A stretch of DNA of 50,114 bases from Planktotalea sp. GTDB taxonomy: Bacteria > Pseudomonadota > Alphaproteobacteria > Rhodobacterales > Rhodobacteraceae. The position numbers and the translations under genes are program-made. The notes beneath the pieces are model-generated. The model saw nothing but the letters and a program-made list of their open reading frames with translations. It ran no database searches and had not been told where the DNA came from. The stretch covers positions 1 through 50,114 of the forward strand of contig NZ_JBDWVM010000474.1 of assembly GCF_039984035.1 (NCBI RefSeq), in the 5' to 3' direction. The number at the start of each line of letters is the position of its first letter. Position 1 is the first letter of the stretch. Below, piece by piece: positions 47,383-50,114 of this stretch.

Positions 47383-48861
47383 ATGAGCACTGAAATTCGC
47401 GTCCCAACTCTGGGCGAATCCGTGACAGAAGCCACAGTGGCCACATGGTTCAAGAAACCCGGTGATGCCGTGGCTGTTGATGAAATGCTCTGCGAGCTGG
47501 AAACTGACAAAGTGACGGTAGAAGTTCCGGCAACTGCTGCTGGCGTCATGGGCGAAATCGTCGCCGCAGAGGGCGATACGGTCGGCGTTGATGCGCTTTT
47601 GGCAACCATCGTCGCGGGCGAAGGCGCGGCGCCAGCGCCTGTTGCCGCCAAAACAGAGGCAGCGCCAGAAAGCGCTGCAAGCGTTGATGTCATGGTCCCA
47701 ACACTGGGCGAATCTGTTACAGAAGCAACCGTTAGCACATGGTTCAAAAAGGTCGGTGACACCGTCGCGCAGGACGAAATGCTCTGCGAGTTGGAAACTG
47801 ACAAAGTATCTGTCGAAGTACCTGCGCCAGCAGCTGGCGTCTTGTCCGAAATCACGGCGCCTGAAGGCTCAACAGTTGATGCATCCGCGAAATTGGCTGT
47901 GATCGGCGGCGCAAGCGCGTCTGCAGCGCCAAGCGCGGCCCCTGCAGCTGCACCTGCCGCGTCCACTAGTGGTAAGGACGTTGAAGATGCGCCTTCTGCC
48001 AAGAAAGCAATGGCCGAAGCAGGCATCAGCGCGGACGCCGTTACTGGTTCTGGTCGCGACGGCCGCATCATGAAAGACGACGTTGCAAAAGCTCTTGCTT
48101 CTGCGCCAAAAGCAGCGCCAGTCGCAGCTGCGCCGCGCGCGCCAGTTCCAGCGGATGATGCATCGCGCGAAGAGCGTGTGAAAATGACGCGCTTGCGTCA
48201 GACAATCGCTAAGCGTTTGAAAGACAGCCAGAACACAGCCGCCATGCTGACCACCTATAACGAGGTGGACATGACGGAAACGATGGCTCTGCGCAAAGAG
48301 TACAAAGAACTCTTTGAGAAAAAGCACGGTGCGCGTCTCGGCTTCATGTCCTTCTTCACCAAAGCCTGCTGTCATGCTCTGAAAGAGGTTCCAGAGGTCA
48401 ACGCAGAGATTGATGGCACGGACATCGTCTATAAGAACTTCGTTCACATGGGCATCGCCGCTGGCACGCCAACGGGCCTCGTTGTTCCTGTCATTCGTGA
48501 CGCGGACAGCATGTCTTTTGCGGAAATCGAAAAGGCGATCGCTGAAAAAGGTAAACGCGCACGTGACGGCAAACTGTCTATGGCAGAAATGCAAGGCGGC
48601 ACATTCACCATCTCCAACGGCGGTGTGTACGGCTCCTTGATGTCCTCACCGATCTTGAACCCACCACAGTCCGGTATCCTCGGTATGCACAAGATCCAAG
48701 ACCGCCCAATGGCGATCAATGGTGAAGTTGTAATCCGTCCGATGATGTATCTGGCGCTGTCCTACGATCACCGTATCGTCGACGGCAAAGGCGCGGTGAC
48801 CTTCCTCGTGCGCGTTAAAGAAGCGCTGGAAGACCCACGTCGCTTGCTCATGGATCTCTGA
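47383..48861 (+). CDS. sucB: Dihydrolipoyl succinyltransferase E2 with two lipoyl domains
   Basis: Two [13 protein letters not shown]...ELETDKV lipoyl domains; E3-binding domain; [20 protein letters not shown]. Confidence 0.98.
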   Translation: MSTEIRVPTLGESVTEATVATWFKKPGDAVAVDEMLCELETDKVTVEVPATAAGVMGEIVAAEGDTVGVDALLATIVAGEGAAPAPVAAKTEAAPESAASVDVMVPTLGESVTEATVSTWFKKVGDTVAQDEMLCELETDKVSVEVPAPAAGVLSEITAPEGSTVDASAKLAVIGGASASAAPSAAPAAAPAASTSGKDVEDAPSAKKAMAEAGISADAVTGSGRDGRIMKDDVAKALASAPKAAPVAAAPRAPVPADDASREERVKMTRLRQTIAKRLKDSQNTAAMLTTYNEVDMTETMALRKEYKELFEKKHGARLGFMSFFTKACCHALKEVPEVNAEIDGTDIVYKNFVHMGIAAGTPTGLVVPVIRDADSMSFAEIEKAIAEKGKRARDGKLSMAEMQGGTFTISNGGVYGSLMSSPILNPPQSGILGMHKIQDRPMAINGEVVIRPMMYLALSYDHRIVDGKGAVTFLVRVKEALEDPRRLLMDL

Positions 48862-48872
48862 TAGGACATCCC

Positions 48873-49853
48873 GTGACCCAGGCTTCACAAGAAAAGACGG
48901 CCCTTGTTGCGTGCATGCGCAATGAGGGTCTCTTTATCCTAGAATGGGTCGCATATCATAAAGTGATAGGCTTCGATCAGATTGTCATCTGCTCGAACGA
49001 TTGCACCGACGGTTCCGACATTTTGCTCGACGCACTGAGCGACGCAGGCGAAATCATCCATTTGCCGCATGTCGTAGGCGCAGACGATACGCCACAAGAC
49101 AGCGGCATACGCGCTACTTTTTTGCACTTGGCTCAAACAGATATTGAATGGCTGGCGCATATAGATGCGGATGAATTCGTGAACATCGGGATTGGAGCAG
49201 GGAAAGTCACCGATTTGCTTGTTTCCGCCGGCATGGGCGACGTCATTGCCCTGCCGTGGTGGGCCTTTGGTGACAACGGTCACAAGGCGTGGCCCGGCGG
49301 CGTGCTTGAACATTTCACCCAAGCGGAAGAAAGCCCCGTTCCTGGACGTGCCAAATTCAAATCTATGTTCCGCTTCCGCAAGTTTGGCCACGCGAATGAT
49401 CATATGCCTAGCCTTGCGTACGACGAGCATCCTGACGTTCGCAGCGCGGAGGGTGCGAAGCTGTCTGACGAAGGTGTGCACGCGAAAAAACGGGCAAAAT
49501 ATCGCCCCATTGATCTCGCGCTTTGCCCAGAGGTCGCCTGTATCAACCACTACGCTGTGCCTTCACGCGATGTCTTCTTGATGAAGAATGATCGCGGCGA
49601 CGGACAAGGAAAACAAACTGATAAGTATCGAATTGGATCGCGCTGGCACCAAATCGCCAACCAAAACGCTAAACCAAACCACAGCATTCAACGCCATCTT
49701 GATGCCACTCAACAAGAGATGACGCGTCTGCGCGAAAACACTCAAATCGCACATGCTGAAACAAACTGCCTGTCTTGGTTTCATGCGCGGTGTCGCGAAC
49801 TGCTCAGCGACACACAAATCGCAAGTTGGACAAAGAGAAAAGTATCGTCATGA
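48873..49853 (+). CDS. Glycosyltransferase family 2 (GT-A fold)
   Basis: MRNEG.FILEW.AYH..IGF....SNDCTDGS, HIDADEF (DxD), INHYA..S...F..K..RG; GTG start after AGGA. Confidence 0.85.
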   Translation: MTQASQEKTALVACMRNEGLFILEWVAYHKVIGFDQIVICSNDCTDGSDILLDALSDAGEIIHLPHVVGADDTPQDSGIRATFLHLAQTDIEWLAHIDADEFVNIGIGAGKVTDLLVSAGMGDVIALPWWAFGDNGHKAWPGGVLEHFTQAEESPVPGRAKFKSMFRFRKFGHANDHMPSLAYDEHPDVRSAEGAKLSDEGVHAKKRAKYRPIDLALCPEVACINHYAVPSRDVFLMKNDRGDGQGKQTDKYRIGSRWHQIANQNAKPNHSIQRHLDATQQEMTRLRENTQIAHAETNCLSWFHARCRELLSDTQIASWTKRKVSS

Positions 49854-50114
49854 CACCTGAACTGACCGCCCTCGGCCTCGCTGCTCTTTTACAAGTCCTG
49901 CAGTTTTGTGCATACTCTTTAACATCCGTGAAACAGGTTGGCGTAAAAAAAGCGGCAGGACCACGCGACAACGCGATTGTCTTGTCAGGCGTCGCAGGTC
50001 GATTGCAGCGCGCCATGAATAACCACTTCGAAGCGTTAACACTCTTCACGATTGCCGTCGTCCTGATCACCTACTCCGATCAATCTAGCCCGGTCACAAT
50101 GCTCTGCGCGTTCA
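49850..50114 (+). CDS. MAPEG family membrane protein (truncated by window edge)
   Basis: Manual translation MTPELTALGLAALLQVLQF...AGPRD......AGRLQRAMNNHFEALTLF..AV; ATGA overlap with the GT2 gene. Confidence 0.82.
   Translation, partial: MTPELTALGLAALLQVLQFCAYSLTSVKQVGVKKAAGPRDNAIVLSGVAGRLQRAMNNHFEALTLFTIAVVLITYSDQSSPVTMLCAF

Noticed and set aside
47401-47900. Internal direct repeat in sucB with a 294-bp offset
   Set aside because: Two tandem lipoyl domains, a known E2 architecture; not a mobile element

Overview
A 50 kb chromosomal core-genome segment from an alphaproteobacterium. Gene content and order point to a marine Roseobacter-group (Rhodobacterales) organism; this taxonomy is an inference. 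In order, the window holds: gshB (partial)-yraN-rsmI, a divergent LpoA-like lipoprotein-glnD-murJ, rhomboid, trpS, phoX, USP-VOC-nfuA-GFA-tsaB-rimI, a BMP-type nucleoside ABC transporter with one frameshifted permease, TauE/TIGR02186, a RecD-like helicase and a luxR-luxI pair. These are followed by ethylmalonyl-CoA pathway genes (ccr, ecm, mch, mcl2), deoD, and the TCA clusters sdhCDAB, mdh and sucCD-sucAB with several interleaved accessory genes. I saw no tRNA, rRNA, CRISPR array, transposase or prophage. The most interesting signals are non-coding. (1) A two-copy structured intergenic repeat whose middle hairpin differs in sequence but keeps its pairing. (2) An unassigned TGTGATCACA palindrome, in tandem at 21-bp spacing, upstream of the TCA operons. 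(3) A Pho box, -10 element and terminator that define a candidate ~95-nt sRNA just after phoX. (4) A perfect CtrA box driving a small ORF that overlaps luxR. (5) PhaR-like palindromes at the ethylmalonyl-CoA genes. (6) A perfect Irr box at nfuA. All product calls come from recognising protein motifs by eye; no database search was run.
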